From NCBI RefSeq assembly GCF_006345805.1, contig NC_042998.1, positions 198,958,001 to 199,022,000 of the forward strand: a stretch of 64,000 bases of DNA, given 5' to 3'. The DNA comes from Octopus sinensis (taxonomy: Eukaryota). The notes under the pieces are model-generated. The model was not told where the DNA came from. It did not search any database and worked only from the letters and a program-made list of their open reading frames with translations. Shown in pieces: positions 12,912 through 26,136 of the stretch (position 1 is its first letter; each line of letters opens with the position of its first letter). A program made the translations under genes and the position numbers.

Positions 12912-13502
12912 GGATATATATACATATACATATACATACATATACAAATATATTATATACATATATACATATATATATACATATATACATATACACACAT
13001 ATATACATATACACACATATATACATATACACACATATATACATGTACATACATACATACATATACATACATATACATACATACATATACATACATACAT
13101 ATACATACATACATATACATACATACATATACATACATACATATGCATACATATATATATACATATACAAATATATTATATACATATATACATATATATA
13201 CATATATACACATATATACATATACACACATATATACATATACACATATACATATACATACATACATAAATATACATACATATACATATATACATATACA
13301 TACATACATACATATACATAATACATATACATACATACATATACATACATACATATACATACAAAAATATACATACATATACATACATATACATACATAT
13401 ATATACATATACACATATACGTATAGACATATACACATATACACACATACATATACACACATACATATACACATACATATACACATACACATACACACAT
13501 AC

Positions 13503-13539
<37 letters not shown>

Positions 13540-13555
13540 TACACACACATATAAA
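12912..13555. repeat. Degenerate (TACATA)/(CA) microsatellite
   Basis: Read directly; source of YIHT/MYVC ORFs. Confidence 0.95.
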
Positions 13556-13978
13556 TATATATGCTTGAATGCGTGTGCACGCGCGTGTGCGTGGTTGTGC
13601 GTGGTTGTGCGCGTGGGTGCCTTTTATCTGTTATCGATTTTTTTTGTCCTAGTCAGATTTGACTGCTACCATGCTCAGGCATCACCTTCAAAGTTTTTTT
13701 CTCTCAATCACATCGATCCGAGCATCTATTTACTCCGATAGCTTATACTGATCGGTAATTGCCGAATTGCTAATGTATGCTTAACCAGGTTTCTTTCTTC
13801 TTCTTTTTTTTTTTTTTTTTTAAGTGAATACAGATATTGTGCATATGCGTATGTATGTGACTATCGATAACTGCTAACACCTGACTGAATATTTTCATTG
13901 GTATGCTTACTGACAGGAATCTGCGCAAGTGTCTACTGAGGGATAAGTCTGTGTGTGTGTGTGTGTGTGTGTGTGCGT

Positions 13979-14371
13979 CAGTATAAGATATGGATATTCC
14001 TTAATTCATCGACCAAACATACTCGTACATTTTAGGGTTCAATTATAAACTTGGGATTTGTTGTTTTGTTTGTTCTTTCTCGAGCTATGCCTGGCTCATA
14101 AGGGCCGGTTTCCCCGGTTTCCTTGGCGTATAGGTTCCCCACCTGGACGGGACGCCGGTCTGTCGCAGGTGAGCTGCAAGATGCGGGAGGAAAGAGTGAG
14201 AGAAAGTTGTGGCGAAAGAGTCAGCAGAAGTTGGCCATTACCTTTTTGCCGGAGCCGCGTGGAGCTTAGGTGTTTCGCTCATAAACACACACATTGCCCG
14301 GTCTGAGATTCGAACGCGCGATCCCTCGACCGCGAGTTCGCTGTTCTAACCACTAGGCCATGTGCCTCCAC
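13979..14371 (-). mobile_element. SINE family D (14056-14371) plus ~77 bp of extra 3' sequence shared with the flank of the 29.3 kb copy
   Basis: Reverse complement aligns to 29307-29693, including sequence beyond that copy's TSD. Confidence 0.88.
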
Positions 14372-14525
14372 GTATGTGTGTGTGAGTGTGAGTGAACTTT
14401 GCCTCTTGTTCTCCCGAGGTCGATAAAATAAAGTACTTGTCAAATAATAGAGTCGATTTACTGACTTCTCTCCCCTCGATTTTATATATAACACCCTAAT
14501 GGGAGCCTTAACTTATTATTATTAA

Positions 14526-14616
<91 letters not shown>

Positions 14617-14625
14617 TTATTATTA

Positions 14626-15462
14626 TTCAGTAGTTATAATTTTATAGCGTGCTTTCACTTCACTACCGAACGCAGCTCTGTGTGCCTTGGGTATGTGCTG
14701 TGATTTGTTGTGATGCTCTGATGGTTATTGTATGGAAAGTGTTCTGCGTAGGATGTGTGCAGTGCCTAGTAGTGCAATTTTCTGTATGTTATATGTGTTT
14801 GTAAGTCCTGGTGTTTTTGTTATGTATTTGTCTGAATATTTTTTTATCATGCCTAATGCACCTACTATGATAGGAATTGTTTCTGTTTTCAGATTCCATA
14901 TTCTAGTTACCTCTATTTCCAGGTCTTTGTATTTTGAGAGTTTCTCCATTTCTTTTAGAGACACGTTGTCATCAGCCGGTATTGATACATCAATTAGAAA
15001 GCATTTTTTTTCTTCATGATCTCTGACAACTATATCTGGTCTGTTGGCCTTAATTTCTCTATCTGTGTGTATCGACATATCCCAGAGTATGGTTGCTTTC
15101 TCGTTTTCTGTGACCTTTTCTGGTGTGTGCCTATACCATCTTTTTTTCTGTTGTTATTCCATAATGTTGGCATAGCTTCCAATGTATGTAGGTTCCAACT
15201 CTGTCATGTCTGTGAATATATTCCTTCTTAGCCAGGACTGGGCAGCTAGAGATAATATGATTTATTGTTTCTTGTCCATCTCCACATATTCTGCAGTTAC
15301 TTGTAATATTTCTTTTCATTACATGTTTTTGGTAATTTCTGGTGGGGAGGCTTTGGTCTTGTGCTGCAATTAAAAATCCCTCTGTTTCTGCTTTGAGTCC
15401 TGAGCTTCTCAACCATTACTGGGATTTTTCTTTGTCTATTTCTTTTGCGTTTAGTTTAGTCT

Positions 15463-15465
<3 letters not shown>
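14626..15465 (-). mobile_element. 5'-truncated R4/Dong-like non-LTR retrotransposon (CCHC knuckle + restriction-like endonuclease) inside (TAA)n
   Basis: CRICGDGQETINHIISSC, RHDRV, RPDIVV, LIDVSIP, GALG; one frameshift; (ATT)n at 14515-14625 and 15465-15543. Confidence 0.9.
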
Positions 15466-15545
<80 letters not shown>

Positions 15546-15879
15546 GAGGGGAGCGAATAGGAACAGTAAAGGGATTAGCTTGAATATTTAAGAAAAAACT
15601 TGATGCAAGGAAAACAATCAGTTTGCCAAAATACCAAAGCTTCCCCAACATCTGCAATAAGTGAAAACGAAGAAAAATGAAATCACGATCTCAAGTTACG
15701 CCATTAACTGACCAGACCTTTTTTTTTATTTATTATTTTTTCATATGTTTAAAATGGAATGGCCCTTGGGCGTATGGATCAAGGATGAAACTCGATATAA
15801 TGTACCGATAAGCACTATAGTAAAAGAAAAGCCAAACATGTGTACGACAATTTGCAGAGAAAGGACGGGGAAACATATT

Positions 15880-16198
15880 GTGACAAAATATCCAACCAAA
15901 GTACAAATATATGGGAAACTACCACCTGTGTCATCTCTTGTGAAAGGTAGGAGAGTCCAGTTTGCTGGACATTGTTGTAGAGCTGAAAACGAGGTAATTT
16001 CTACTCTTTTCCTCTGGAAGCCATTTGCTCGCGATACCAGAGGGCGCACACTCTCCTACCCTGATGTAATCTCCAGGGATACAGGCATCCAGCAACAGGA
16101 TGCTATGATGGTCTATGATGGACCGTGAAATCTGGCGTAGCATGGTAAATTCCATTGTCTCGACCACGGTCGAACAATGATGATGATGATGATGATGT
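15880..16198 (+). mobile_element. RTE-type LINE 3' end with (TGA)n tail
   Basis: ..RRVQFAGHCCRAENE..LWKP..DREIWRSMV.. C-terminus followed by TGA repeats. Confidence 0.75.
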
Positions 16199-16599
16199 GG
16201 CAGTTTTCTGTCTCGTAAAGGATGGTTTGTAACGTTTAACAAACGCTCGAATTAGCACACATAAAAGTGGTTAGAAAATTATAGTTTACCATAAACATCA
16301 AACAATTTTGGATAAATTCGCCTCTCATGCAGATGTTGATATGACACACATAAGAGAGAAGAGAGTGTTCCACGTTCTCCCATTCTACTGCCACCACTCT
16401 TCACACAAGAATCAAGGCCTTTTAAGTTAAGGACGTATCCTATTTCGAAACTACGATTCGTATTTTTACCCGAACGTATTTTTATCTTTCCCTTCAAATA
16501 TCTTTAAGTATACACCATATTGGACTATGTATGTTTAGAAAATGTTATTTTTTTGTTTTTGTTTTTGTATTGTTACTTCTTTGTTGTTATTTTTGGTAT

Positions 16600-16996
16600 T
16601 GTTGCTGTTACTGTTGCTGTTGCTGTTGAGCGAACGGTCTTCGTCCCAGAGCTCGCAAGATGGGAGAAGTCCGAAACGTGGTCCTTTGCTATTCGTAAGA
16701 CCCGCAGAAGAGAAAGCATGTCAACCCCCCCGACACCGAGAGCATCGACGGATGGATGAATGCGCATCCAAGCTCAGCGGTTGCGTAGGAAGTCGGGGAC
16801 AAGAAACAGGAAGAAAGAGTGAGAGAAAGTTGGAGCGAAAGAGTACAACAGGGGTCGCTACCACCCCCTGTTGGAGCCTCGTGGAGCTTTAGGTGTTTTC
16901 GCTCAATAAACACACACAACGCCCGGTCTGGGAATCGAAACCGCGATCCTCCGACCGCGAGTCCGCTGCCCTAACCACTGGGCCATTGCGCCCCCA
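16600..16996 (-). mobile_element. SINE family E, (CAACAG)n tail, inside CAG/CTG repeats
   Basis: Family A head with a distinct body; reverse complement of 63520-63900. Confidence 0.88.
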
Positions 16997-17180
16997 CTGC
17001 TGCTGCGACTGTTGTTGCTGCTTTGCTAAACAAAAATTCCCATGGTACACATTTTCACTTCATAAATCAATGGATATTTCGTGTTACAGAATTTCAAGTT
17101 ACGACAAGATTATCAGGAAATCCTTCTTTCTGTATCGTGGGCGACTTCTGTACATGTACATACATACATACATACATACA

Positions 17181-17214
<34 letters not shown>

Positions 17215-17604
17215 CATACACACACATACATACATACATACATACATACATACATACATACACACATACATACATGCATACATACATACATACATACATA
17301 CACACACATACATACATACATGCATACATACATATATACATACATACATACATACATCAATGGATGGATGAGGGAGTGAAAGCTTTTATTTTTGTATCAA
17401 TTATATAATCCACCCTGCTTGTGTGAATAAGATCGGGGTGCGCAAACGTGTGCATTCATGTGTATCGATGTTTGTATGTTTTGCATTTACACGTTTGTAT
17501 ATATATAACCATGTATTGGGTGTGAATGTAGGATATATATTTTTGCATGTATATATGTTTGCGTGTGTGCATATATAAATATACAGGCACGCACACGCAC
17601 ATAC

Positions 17605-17684
<80 letters not shown>

Positions 17685-17874
17685 TTTATTGATTGACTGA
17701 TAGACAGAAAGAGAGAGAGAGGGGGGGGAAACGATTGGGTACGTGTACTTTGTGTACAAAAATGTCAAATCCGCGACATCAAATCCTGTGATTGTGGGGA
17801 TTGAGAACTGGCGTCGCTTAAATGGAAAAATATATTTCTTGTATGTATGGAACAGATTATATATGTGTACGCGT

Positions 17875-19825
17875 GGGAGAGAGATTGAGTAGGGGAGAGA
17901 TATAGAGAGGGGGAGAGACAAAGAGGGGGAGAGACAAAGAGGGGGAGATACAAAGAGGGGGAGAGACAAAGGGGGAGATACAAAGAGGGGGGAGAGACAA
18001 AGAGGGGGAGAGACAAAGAGGGGGAGAGGAGGACAAAGAGGGGGAGAGACAAAGAGGGGGAGAGACAAGAGGGGGAGAGAGACAAAGAGGGGGGGGAGGG
18101 GGAGAGACAAAGAGGGGGAGAAGAGGGGAAGAGACAAAGAGGGGGAGAGACAAAGAGGGGGAGAGACAAAGAGGGGGAGAGACAAAGAGGGGGAGAGACA
18201 AAGAGGGGGAGAGACAAAGAGGGGGTGAGACAAAGAGGGGGTGAGATAGAGAGGGGTGAGAGAGATAGAGAGGGGTAAGAGAGATAGAGAAGGGGAGAGA
18301 GATAGAGAAGGGGAGAGATATAGAGAAGGGGAGAGAGATAGAGAAGGAGAGAGAGATAGGGAGGTCGAGAGAGATAGAGAGGGCGATAGAGATAGAGAGG
18401 ATGAGAGAGATAGAGAGGGGGAGAGAGATAGAGAAGGGGAGAGATATAGAGAAGGGGAGAGAGATAGAGAAGGAGAGAGAGAGATAGAGAAGGAGAGAGA
18501 GATAGGGAGGTCGAGAGAGATAGAGAGGGCGATAGAGATAGAGAGGATGAGAGAGATAGAGAGGGGGAGAGAGATAGAGAGGGGGAGAGAGACAGAGAGG
18601 GGGAGAGAGACAGAGAGGGGGAGAGAGACAGAGAGGGGGAGAGAGACAGAGAGGGGGAGAGACAGAGAGGGGGAGAGACAGAGAGGGGAGAGACAGAGTG
18701 GGTGGAGAGATAGAGAGGGGAGAGATAGAGAGGGGAGAGATAGAGAGGGGAGAGATAGAGAGGGGAGAGAGATAGAGGGGAGAGAGATAGAGAGGGGAGA
18801 GATAGAAAGGGGAGAGATAGAGAGGGGAGAGAGATAGAGGGGAGAGAGATGAGAGGGGAGAGATAGAAAGGGGAGAGATAGAGAGGGGAGAAAGGGGAGA
18901 GAGATAGAGAAGGGGAGAGAGATAAAGAAGGAGAGAGAGAGCGAGGGAGAGAGGGGGAGAGAGTGGGTGGAGAAAGAGGGGAGAGTGGGTGGAGAAAGAG
19001 GGGAGAGTGGGTGGAGAAAGAGGGGAGAGTGGGTGGAGAAAGAGGGGAGAGTGGGTGGAGAAAGAGGGGAGAGCGGGAGAGAGCGGGTAGGGTAGAAGAG
19101 AGGGTAGAGCGGGAGAGAGAAGAGGAGAGCGGGGGGAGCGGGGGAGAGAGGAGGGGAGGGGAGAGAGAGGGATAGAGAGGGATAGAGGGGGAGGGGGAGA
19201 GTGGGGGGGAAAGATCTGGGGGAGATCGTGGTGAAAGCGGGAAGAGAGGGGGGAGAGGGAGGGAAATCAGGGTGAGAGGGGGCGGGGGAAAGCGAGGGGA
19301 GCGAGGAGAGCGGGGGAGAGAGGGGAGGAGACAGACAGACAGAGACAGACAGACAGACAGACAGAGAGAGACAGACAGACAGACAGAGAGAGACAGACAG
19401 AGACAGACACAGTGAAAGAGAGAGTAGGAATGAATGAAAGAAAGAAAGAAAAAAGAAAGAAAGAAAGAAAGAAAAAAAGAAAGAAAAAAGAGGGAGGAAA
19501 GAAGGAGAGAAGGAAAACAGGAGGGAAAGAAAGAAAGAAAAAGGAGGAAAAGAAGGAAAGAAAAGGAGGGAAAGAAGGAAAGAAAAACGGGAGAAAGAAG
19601 GAAATAAAAACGGGAGAAAGAAGGAAAGAAAGACGAGGGAAAGAAGGAAAGAAAAGGAGGGAAAGAAGAAAAGAAAGGGAGGGAAAGAAGGAAAGAAAGG
19701 GAGGGAAAGAAGGAAAGAAAAACGAGGAAAGAAGGAAAGAAAAACGAGGAAAGAAGGAAAGGAAAGGAAACGGGGTAAAGAAAGAAAAAAGAGGGAAAGA
19801 AGGAAAGAAAAACGGTGGAAAGAAG
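17875..19825 (+). repeat. ~1.95 kb polypurine mini/microsatellite mosaic
   Basis: 16-mer GGGGGAGAGACAAAGA, ~18-mer GGGGGAGAGAGATAGAGA, 23-mer GAGAGTGGGTGGAGAAAGAGGGG x5, (GACA)n, GAAA-rich block. Confidence 0.95.
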
Positions 19826-20077
19826 GCTAAAACAATGCGAACGCATTGTGACCAGCGATGTGTAACAACATCTGATGGTCTGGTCGGTCACGTGATCACG
19901 TCATCATATGCATTAAATAACGCCTTTTTATCTCTATCATATCTAACCACCCAACCCGTACATACATACATCCATCCATTCATTCACCCATCCATCCATT
20001 CATCCATCCATCCATCCATCTATCCATCCATACATACATACATACATACATACATACATAGATGCATACATACATAC

Positions 20078-20612
20078 ATGGTGGCTGCCCCGTCGTTATC
20101 GAGTATGGCCATTGCACGAAGCTTAATCAATGTTGTTAATGTGCAATGCCTGTGCAAGAAGATTTTTTTTTAAGTGAGGAAAGGTTGTGCACTGAGTCAA
20201 TCCCACTCACTAAGCAACAGCAGCCATAATCCGAAAAGAAGAACAAGTCAACATCATCGTAACCACTGAGCCGCAGGTTTTATGTCGGAGTTATCCCAGT
20301 TACCTGAGTTACCTTCTCCTAGAAGGATGCCCTAACAAAGGCTAGGAGTCCTTCACTCCCAATGGTTTAACCGCGCGATCGGGTATTCAGTCCGATTATT
20401 TCTATGTCCCCGCGCATGATACAGCCTATAGACATTTATTGGATGGCCGTTGACTCCCAAGAGTTCCTCCGCCCTTTGACGGGTTTCGTTTTTCATCCCG
20501 AAGGGTGTCCAATAAATACCCTCCTCACCAAGCAAGCTCGGTGGGGTTGCCGGCTTAGTCGCCGACGACTCGACCGTGCAACAGGTTATACTGGGTTACA
20601 TGTTACCAGTAG
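20078..20612 (-). mobile_element. Probable non-autonomous RTE-related element inside (CATA)n
   Basis: GC-richer insert with (CATA)n on both sides; CTAGGAGAAGG.AACTC motif resembling RTE 5' UTRs; no ORF. Confidence 0.4.
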
Positions 20613-21445
20613 CACATACATACATACATACATACATACATACATACACACATGCATACATACATACATACGTACATACATACATACATACATACATACA
20701 TACATTCATACATACATACATACATACATACATACATACATACATGCATACATACATACATGCATACATACATACATGCATACATACATACATGCATACA
20801 TACATACATGCATACATACATACATACGTATATACATACATACATACATACATAATACATACACACATACATACATACATGCATATATACATGCATGCAT
20901 GCATACATACATACATACATACGTACATACATACATACATACATACATACATACATCCATACATGCATGCATACATACATACATGCATGCATACATACAT
21001 ACATACATACATACATCCATACATGCGTGCATACATACATACATGCATGCATTACATCAGCATACATACATACATGCATACATACATACATAAGTATTAT
21101 ACATACATACATACATACGTACATAATACATACAATAATACATACACACATACATACATACATGCATACATACATAACATACATACATAATACATTTAAT
21201 ACATACATACATACATACAACATAATTCATACCACACACAGACATAACGTACATCCTACATACATGCAGCATACATACATACATACATAAATCCATACAT
21301 GCATGCATACATACATACATGCATGCATACATACATACATACATGCATACATATACATACATACATACATACATACAACATACATACATACATACATACA
21401 TGCACACTTACAGTCATTTACGCATGCACACACACACACATACAC
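20613..21445. repeat. (CATA)n/(CATG) microsatellite
   Basis: Read directly. Confidence 0.95.
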
Positions 21446-21996
21446 AACACTCACATATATGTATATACAACCAGTGCCGTCATACGATATAGACACATAG
21501 AGCAGTCGCCCAACGGCCACATGTATCTAGGGACTCACTTCTGATCTAAGTATGCTTTCTCTTGCTGTCAATAAATAAATAGCATAGGACCCAGTACATT
21601 GATTCACCCGGGAGCCTAGCATGCTGCTAAGGCGACCCTGTATACGATGTGCATACATATAATGGGATGTGTGCATGTGTGTATGTGTGTGTGCGTATAT
21701 ATATGTGTGTGTGTATTAATAATTAAGGGCCCTACAAATAACACCAGCAGGCTAAATATTGCAGTCAAAGGATGACTACGACCAAAAGTTTTCATTCATA
21801 CACATTCATTGAAATTGCCTTCTGACTGTTGTTTTTAGCGTCATGGTACGATTTGTAGCATCCTTAATTACTAATTAATAATTTTTCACCTTAAATGGCG
21901 GTGCCCCAGCATGGCCACAGCTCATAAGCTGAAACTAGAATCAATCAATCAATTTATGGTATTTATTTACGCATGCGATGCTACTTGCTATACGTA

Positions 21997-22088
<92 letters not shown>

Positions 22089-22110
22089 TTATAATATATA
22101 TATGTATATG

Positions 22111-22274
22111 TAGGCGCAGGAGCGGCTGTGTGGTAAGAAGCTTCCTTACCAACCACATAGTTCCGGATTCAGTCCCACTGCGTGGCACCTTGGGCAGGTG
22201 TCTTCTACTAATAGCCTCAGGGCGACCTAAGCTTTGTGAGTGAATTGGTAGACGGAAACTGAAAGAAGCCCTTC

Positions 22275-22275
<1 letters not shown>
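22111..22275 (+). mobile_element. SINE family B, 5' half
   Basis: Head and CORE-like part, ending at the internal (TA)n. Confidence 0.85.
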
Positions 22276-22310
<35 letters not shown>

Positions 22311-22315
<5 letters not shown>

Positions 22316-23187
22316 TAGGAAAATGCACTCAGTTTACATAGTTTTGATATATTTTAAATGAAAGCGTATTGTGGTTGCCACCGGTTTCCCTCATGATGAC
22401 ATTGAAATTATTGCATTGTTAGATTTTAGTCCATGTTCGTGAATGAATCAACATGTAGAAAAATTTAAGTGGCAGGCAATTGGTGATAATTATTATTCTG
22501 GACAGGGCAGGTAATTGCTCTTTTTTGGGATGGGATAAATAAACACTCAGAAACCTATAAGCTAAAGTAGTGGGATGAAATATGTACAGTGATGGATATG
22601 TGATCATGAATTAAAATATATACTGAAACCAAAGTTGGTTATGCGTTCATATTTAGGCGTGATCTGTATTTTTTTATAAATAAATTTTCTTTATTTAAAC
22701 GTTGTTGTACAGGAATTGTTTCTTTGCACTGGTTGATGGGGGAATCTTAGAAATTTAGATGGAGATACCCTGCGCATACGTCCATGTGTTCACTCAAAGG
22801 TACATGTCTATACTTTGGGAAACGGATCTGTTCCTTATGTAGTGTGGTTGTCCGTCTAAGGGCCATACTTATCTGTCCTACATAGTTATGTCCACAACCT
22901 GAACAAGATATAACACAAATTAAATTCTCGGATGCACAAGGGAAGCTGGTCATAATTGTGAACCTCTCGAGTAATAATTATCACCAATATCCCTCCTCTT
23001 AAATTTTTCTACTTGTTGTTTCATTCACAACCTTTCATACAAGATCATGGACTATCTTCTTAAGAAAATACGTAAGTACAATAATTTCAATATCATGATC
23101 AGCGAAAGCGAAACCGATCGGCAACCACAATACTCATTTATTTAAAATATTAAAACTATGTATACTTTATGCATTTTCCTTCTTTTA
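22311..23187 (-). mobile_element. Penelope-like element remnant: GIY-YIG endonuclease between inverted terminal repeats
   Basis: ORF 22747-22953: CASENLICVISCSGCGHNYVGQIS..LRRTTTLHKEQI (GIY-YIG pattern); 22311-22410 and 23081-23187 are degenerate inverted copies. Confidence 0.75.
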
Positions 23188-23206
23188 TTTCATATATATA
23201 TATATA

Positions 23207-23606
23207 TGGAGGCGCAATGGCCCAGTGGTTAGGGCAGCGGACTCGCGGTCATAGGATCGCGGTTTCGATTCCCAGAACGGGCGTTGTGAGTGTTTATTGA
23301 GCGAAAACACCTAAAAGCTCCACGAGGCTCCGGCAGGGGATGGTGGTGATCCCTGCTGTACTCTTTCACCACAACTTTCTCTCACTCTTACTTCCTGTTT
23401 CTGTTGTACCTGTATTTCAAAGGGCCGGCCTTGTCACTCTCTGTGTCACGCTGAATATCCCCGAGAACTACGTTAAGGGTGCACGTGTCTGTGGAGTGCT
23501 CAGCCACTTACACGTTAATTTCACGAGCAGGCTGTTCCGTTGATTCGGATCAACCGGAAACCTCGTAATCGTAACCGACGGAGTGCTTCCATGTTCCATG
23601 TTCCAT
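23207..23606 (+). mobile_element. Full-length SINE family A
   Basis: Matches the reverse complement of 1171-1553; (TTCCATG) tail. Confidence 0.92.
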
Positions 23607-23631
23607 ATATATATATATATATATAGTATAT

Positions 23632-23685
<54 letters not shown>

Positions 23686-24120
23686 GAATATATAGTATAT
23701 ATTGTGTGTGTGTGTGTGTGGTGTGTATGTGTCTGTGTCTGTGTGCGCTTATGTGTGTGTGTGTGTGTTTGTGCGTGTGTGTGTTTGTGTGTGTGTGTGT
23801 TTGTGTCGGGCCTCTTCTAGCTTCCGTCTACTAAATTCACTCAAAAGGCTTTGGTCGACCCGAGGCTGTAGTAGAAAACACTTTTCTCAAGGTATCGAAT
23901 GTATGCCTAGCATACATACTCATACGCATGTATATACGCATAAGTGCATTTGTGTGTCAGTACGTATGTGTGTGTCAGTACGCATGCCTGTGTGCGTTAA
24001 AATGTTAAATGTATGCGTAATGCTAATGCAAGCATGTTGCGTATCCGTGTTTTGTCCCTTGAGACAAACATCAGATCTATAACGGCAGCTAGAGCATAAT
24101 CATCGTCGTCGTCGTCGTCG

Positions 24121-24157
<37 letters not shown>

Positions 24158-24158
24158 T

Positions 24159-24204
<46 letters not shown>

Positions 24205-24922
24205 GCAACAGCAGCAGTAGCAGCGTCAACATCATCACCAACTGCAGCTACAGCAGGCATATGTAAACACCGTATCGTCTGCTTTCTCGAATCCGAAGAT
24301 ATCATTAAAGATAGTCTGCTGGCTATCAAATGTCCGTCAGTTAAACGGAAGTTGCTGGGCTGTTTGCCGATACAAACAAAAAATAAAAAAGAAGAAAACT
24401 TTTGTGTATCTAAGGTGTGTTTTGTTTCAGTGTGGTGTTTTGTTATTTTTCAAACATAATAATTTGTTGCTTAGTTCAATAGACATGTATCCCATAGAGA
24501 TAATATCATGTCGAACGACTCCTGGGACTTTGTAAAGCAAACAACAAGCCTCGGAATGCTTACTGAAGTAGGATATTTGTTATCAAATAACTTTGTTCCG
24601 ATTCCGGGACTCTTCATTTCTCAACAGAAGCGATTAATGGTGTTTTCACTCAGCCTTGATTTACCAACAGATTAATGGAGAGGCAGGTGGGGTTGGTTAG
24701 AATAATACTATTCATTCGAAATATTTTATTTATCTCCATCTTAAAAAAGAAAAACGTAGATATAAAAAAAGTAAGACAGTAATAATGACATAATAAAAAA
24801 AAAATCTGGTGTTTGCAGCGTGACACAAGTTGTTTCAGAAATACAAACATTTTTTAAAAGTCAAATATATATTAGCGTACGGTTGATAGACAAGTGGGAA
24901 TAGAGAATTATCAATGCTGAAA

Positions 24923-24972
24923 GCTGATTGGCTAGATTTCACGCGTGTCAGCAATGAGAAATAGCCAATCGC
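24923..24972. promoter_or_regulatory. Candidate promoter element: opposed CCAAT boxes around CACGCGTG
   Basis: ATTGG 24927-24931, CACGCGTG 24940-24947, CCAAT 24965-24969 in non-repetitive DNA. Confidence 0.25.
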
Positions 24973-25215
24973 GGATGCCACGAAAGGCAATAGATTTTGC
25001 ATCGTTTAGTCGCATTGTTCAATCATGTCCTGTGTATAAGTCAAACATTAATGCAATATTGAATTTTGACTCAAACACTAAAGAGAAGAAAAAACAACCC
25101 TAAGATATTGGAATAATAATGCAAACAATCACAACCACTTTAACTACTACTACTACTACTACTCTCAATATTACCATCGCCATGTACAATCAGTGATATT
25201 GTATTATCACCATTG

Positions 25216-26088
25216 TGGAGGCGCAATGGCCCAGTGGTTAGGGCAGCGGACTCGCAGTTATAGGATCGCGGTTTCGATTCCCAGACCGGGCGTTGTGAGT
25301 GTTTATTGAGCGAAAACACCTAAAAAAGCTCCACGAGGCTCCGGCAAGGGATGGTGGTGATCCCTGCTGTACTCTTTCACCACAACTTTCTCTCACTCTT
25401 ACTTCCTGTTTCTGTTGTACCTGTATTTAAAGGAGCCGGCCTTGTCACTCTCTGTGTCACGCTGAATCTCCCCGAGAACTACGTTAAGGGTACTCGCGGT
25501 CATAATATCGCGGTTTCGATTCCCAGACCGGGCGTTGTGAGTGTTATTGAGCGAAAACACCTAAAGCCCACGAGGCTCCGGCAGGGGATGGTGGTGATCC
25601 CTGCTGTACTCTTTCAACCACACTTTCTCTCACTCTTACTTCCGGTTTCTGTTGTACCTGTATTTCAAGGGCCGGCCTTGTCACTCTCTGTGTCACGCTG
25701 AATCTCCCTCCCCGAGAACTACGTTAAGGGTACTCGCGGTCATAATATCGCGGTTTCGATTCCCAGAACGGGCGTTGTGAGTGTTTATTGAGCGAAAACA
25801 CCTAAAAGCTCCACGAGGCTCCGGCAGGGGATGGTGGTGATCCCTGCTGTACTCTTTCACCACAACTTTCTTTCACTCTTACTTCCTGTTTCTGTTGTAC
25901 CTGTATTTCAAAGGGGCCGGCCTTGTCACTCTCTGTGTCACGCTGAATATCCCCGAGAACTACGTTAAAGGTACACCTGTCTGTGGAGTGCTCAGCCACT
26001 TACACGTTAATTTCACGAGCAGGCTGTTCCGTTGATTCGGATCAACCGGAACACTCATCGTCGCAACCGACGGAGTGCTTCCATCCAT
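25216..26088 (+). mobile_element. SINE family A with internal 240 bp segment triplicated
   Basis: Identical junction AAGGGTA|CTCGCGGTCATAATATC at 25492 and 25732. Confidence 0.9.
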
Positions 26089-26136
26089 TATCCCCATCAC
26101 CACTACCCGTCTCCTACACCATCGTTATATATTTCA

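Noticed and set aside
17765-19891. 708 aa and 253 aa ORFs (LSP-rich, K/E/R-rich)
   Set aside because: Translations of the purine minisatellite; stop codons cannot arise from these repeat units
20540-20615. HDV-like ribozyme at the 5' end of the RTE-like insert (GGCGACUAAGCCGG)
   Set aside because: A P1-like and P4-like stem can be drawn, but no P2 5' strand or P3/L3 is present
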